Origin: a virus
Taxonomy: Duplodnaviria; Heunggongvirae; Uroviricota; Caudoviricetes
Length of the DNA: 64,000 nt
IMG/VR virus record: IMGVR_UViG_3300043172_001414
Strand: one strand, 5' to 3'
Both the position numbers and the translations under genes were made by a program. The notes under the pieces were generated by a model. The model was not told where the DNA came from and made no database searches. It worked only from the letters and a program-made list of their open reading frames with translations. Position 1 is the first letter of the stretch; each line of letters begins with the position of its first letter. Positions 61,673 through 64,000 of this stretch are shown piece by piece.

Positions 61673-62005
61673 TTATTCCCTCAATTCATTTCGTGTCTTA
61701 TCGACATAACCCTTTATTATTTCTAATATTTTTTCTTTGGTTTTGTACCTGACATTCAATTCGGTTATTTGAGTAAACCATTCTCTGGATAGCTTGTTCT
61801 CTTTATTAGATAAAGCCATTGCGAGTTCATTAGCGTTCTTTTCTTTTATGAAGTGACTGAGTTTTTTAAACCAGTCCTGCTGATGGGATTTAATCTCTTC
61901 TTTGTCAATGTCTCCGAAATAGCCTTTCTTATAATAGCTATTAAAGACATCTTCAAATATCTCTTGTTCTTTCTGATCTAATTCATAGAAGGCTTTAAAT
62001 TTCAT
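61673..62005 (-). CDS. hypothetical, probable capsid-internal protein
   Basis: starts MKFKAFYE at 62005. Confidence 0.6.
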   Translation of the reverse strand: MKFKAFYELDQKEQEIFEDVFNSYYKKGYFGDIDKEEIKSHQQDWFKKLSHFIKEKNANELAMALSNKENKLSREWFTQITELNVRYKTKEKILEIIKGYVDKTRNELRE

Positions 62006-62579
62006 CGTTTTTATTCTTCGAGCTAAGGGATACATCTGATGGGTTCTGTGAACTGAGTGCTACATCTTTCTCATCAATCTCAAACTTTGCTTCTACATCA
62101 TTAAGAGCGTTATTGTTTTTAGCTTTCTTAACCATCTGTAACAAATCGGTCGATGACATATTATAGTTATTGACTTGAACATTACTAGCTGAACCGGAAC
62201 CCGTTGCTTTAGCTTTAACGAGTTTCATATCTATAACTGATCTACTTAGTTCTCTAAGTTCCTTTAAGGCATCTATTTTGATCTTCGCTAACGTTGCGTA
62301 CACTTCGTGAGTTCTCGGCTGTGTGCCGATCTTGATATCTTTCTTGAGCATATCCATAACGTCATCTACACCACAAATGGTTTCCTTGATCTCGGCTTCC
62401 ATGTAGATTTTATCATCTAAAGTCCACTCATCCTTATTCAAGGTATCAACGATATTATTTTTTCTTACTTGTATTTCGTTAGCTTTATTCAAAATTTCTT
62501 CGCTTTCAAAATCTACGTCTAACGCATCTGATAATTTATTCAGTGCACCTAGATCTGTAGAGTTGTCTTTTTTGGACAT
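61995..62579 (-). CDS. gp16: terminase small subunit (gp16-like)
   Basis: QPRTHEVYATL...LKELREL...NVQVNNYNMSSTDLLQMVK; upstream of gp17. Confidence 0.7.
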   Translation of the reverse strand: MSKKDNSTDLGALNKLSDALDVDFESEEILNKANEIQVRKNNIVDTLNKDEWTLDDKIYMEAEIKETICGVDDVMDMLKKDIKIGTQPRTHEVYATLAKIKIDALKELRELSRSVIDMKLVKAKATGSGSASNVQVNNYNMSSTDLLQMVKKAKNNNALNDVEAKFEIDEKDVALSSQNPSDVSLSSKNKNDEI

Positions 62580-62582
62580 AAA

Positions 62583-63440
62583 TTAATCTCCCCTTATCGC
62601 ACTCGTGAAAGCACCTCCGGTTTTAATTGAATTGTCAGACACGTCTATGTAATCGAATGTTGCTGAAAAATCATAGGCTGATGTATCTGGGGCTGCAGAG
62701 ACATTACTGAAACCTGAAGTGTTGTATTGTTCGGCTAATATATTAACCTCTGCAACACCTGCACTCGTAACATCAGTATCTCTTACAAAGTATTTAGTTC
62801 TGATCTCTTTAATGATCGCAGCGTCTGTCAATGGTCTATACATGAATGCTTGTGCATTGAATGTTAATGTACCGTTGATCTGTCGTTTCTCATCTTCTTC
62901 CTGGGGGTTAATGTATTCTACATTCATACCTTCGATTGATACTTTAATATCACGTTCGAGGTTTAGTGAACCGAATTCTTTTAACCGTAAATGAGTTGCT
63001 GGATTAAAGAAAGGTATTATTTGTTCTAATACCTGATTAAACTCATCCAATGTTTCTGTGAATACATGGAGTGAGTATGAAAAGTCATATGGTGTAGGTT
63101 GGATGCTTGTAATAAATCTATCGACTAGATCCATGTCAGCACTTGTAGAGAGTAGGTGACGTATTTCGTTAACACCTGTAGCTCTTTCTGCATTATACTT
63201 GAATCCTTCAAGGGTAATAGCTAATCTGGGAAGTTGTAAATAATACTTCTTACCAGATTCTTTTTCTAGTTTTACAAATTGATATTTATTTACGGGGCCA
63301 AATGTTAAGGGTAACTTAAAGTATTTAGCTACATTACCATCATCGTCCTTTCTTTCAACATGAATATTATTGAAAAGATCAGAAAAAGCAACAGTGATTG
63401 CTCTGATCGTATTAAAATAAAAGTATTGATTGCCACCCAT
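62583..63440 (-). CDS. gp15: tail sheath terminator/stabiliser gp15
   Basis: YFYFNTIRAITVAFSDLFNNI, LPLTFGP, LPRLA, PTPYDF, LEQIIPFFNP. Confidence 0.92.
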   Translation of the reverse strand: MGGNQYFYFNTIRAITVAFSDLFNNIHVERKDDDGNVAKYFKLPLTFGPVNKYQFVKLEKESGKKYYLQLPRLAITLEGFKYNAERATGVNEIRHLLSTSADMDLVDRFITSIQPTPYDFSYSLHVFTETLDEFNQVLEQIIPFFNPATHLRLKEFGSLNLERDIKVSIEGMNVEYINPQEEDEKRQINGTLTFNAQAFMYRPLTDAAIIKEIRTKYFVRDTDVTSAGVAEVNILAEQYNTSGFSNVSAAPDTSAYDFSATFDYIDVSDNSIKTGGAFTSAIRGD

Positions 63441-63469
63441 AAGAGTCTTTTAACCTATCTATTTTTAAT

Positions 63470-63477
63470 TATTTATA
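63470..63477 (-). promoter_or_regulatory. T4-type late promoter
   Basis: TATAAATA upstream of gp15. Confidence 0.8.
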
Positions 63478-63798
63478 TTACATGTCAATTATTGTGTTAT
63501 TATTGAAGTAATAAGCCTTTTCTTTGTCATCATACATGTCTGTATATATTAGGACTTTTCCATCTGTTGATTCTAAAACATGCTTAATTTGTATGGATTC
63601 TAAGTTTCTGACTGAGTGAATACCCTGTGTCTCACCTTGAATGAAAATATGTCTGTGGTGTGTAGGGCATATTGGTATTAAATTAAAGGGTTTGTTGCTA
63701 CCGCCCATATGTACGGGGACGATATGATGATAGTCTATGTGGTTTCTATTTCTTGTTACGTGATCGCATCCTGGGAAATGACATCTATATATTGGCAT
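63478..63798 (-). CDS. small HNH endonuclease
   Basis: CHFPGC...HHIVPVHMGGSNKPFNLIPICPTHH; ATG at 63798. Confidence 0.85.
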   Translation of the reverse strand: MPIYRCHFPGCDHVTRNRNHIDYHHIVPVHMGGSNKPFNLIPICPTHHRHIFIQGETQGIHSVRNLESIQIKHVLESTDGKVLIYTDMYDDKEKAYYFNNNTIIDM

Positions 63799-63814
63799 AT
63801 TATTCCGTATAAAG

Positions 63815-63822
63815 TATAAATA
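63815..63822 (+). promoter_or_regulatory. T4-type late promoter
   Basis: TATAAATA on plus strand upstream of gp13. Confidence 0.75.
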
Positions 63823-63860
63823 TTTGTAAATCACTTATTATTATATATAGAGGTTAAAAT

Positions 63861-64000
63861 ATGACATGTTCTAATAGAATAAACACTCTTACTCAGTTCA
63901 GGGAGTATATTAAAATTTCACTGGGTGCTCCTGTAATCTGCCTTGAGCTGTCTGATGATCAGATAGATCTATCTATAAAAGATAGTATTGATTATGCTTA
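63861..64000 (+). CDS. gp13: neck protein gp13, 5-prime partial
   Basis: FREYIKISLGAPVICLELSDDQIDLSIKDSIDY; runs off the window end. Confidence 0.75.
   Translation, partial: MTCSNRINTLTQFREYIKISLGAPVICLELSDDQIDLSIKDSIDYA

Noticed and set aside
1-64000. tRNA, rRNA or known structured ncRNA genes
   Set aside because: No cloverleaf with T-loop GTTCGA in proper context was seen and intergenic gaps are short. A tRNAscan/Infernal run would be needed to exclude divergent RNAs.
1-64000. Stop-codon reassignment
   Set aside because: Conserved genes (gp17, gp18, gp6, gp15) are full-length in the standard code, and genes end with TAA, TAG and TGA at sensible places.

Overview
AT-rich segment of a large T4-like (myovirus/jumbo) phage genome; no cellular genes, tRNAs or CRISPR array were seen. 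(1) About 1-21 kb is an early/accessory region of small genes. It has eight near-identical sigma70 promoters (TTGACA-N17-TATCTT), the first six with a palindrome (consensus TAGTTAATTAACTA) in the spacer, plus an XRE regulator and two AP2-like paralogs. It also holds a nine-member family of diverged small paralogs, an adjacent macrodomain + NADAR pair, and degenerate ligase-, SLOG- and NUMOD4-like genes. (2) About 21-24 kb is a late operon of probable capsid-internal proteins with T4 capsid-targeting-like N-termini, followed by regA and gp3. (3) About 24-34 kb is a glycosylation island: UDP-glucose dehydrogenase, epimerase, two methyltransferases, about eight glycosyltransferase-like genes and an NDT-like gene. 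(4) About 34.8-64 kb holds tail fibres, baseplate (gp6, 25, 5, 27, 53, 48/54, 26/51-like), tape measure, tube, sheath, terminase, a catalytically degenerate second terminase ATPase domain, gp16, gp15, an HNH gene and the start of gp13. Thirteen T4-type TATAAATA late promoters were found. All family calls come from motif recognition by eye; no database search was run.
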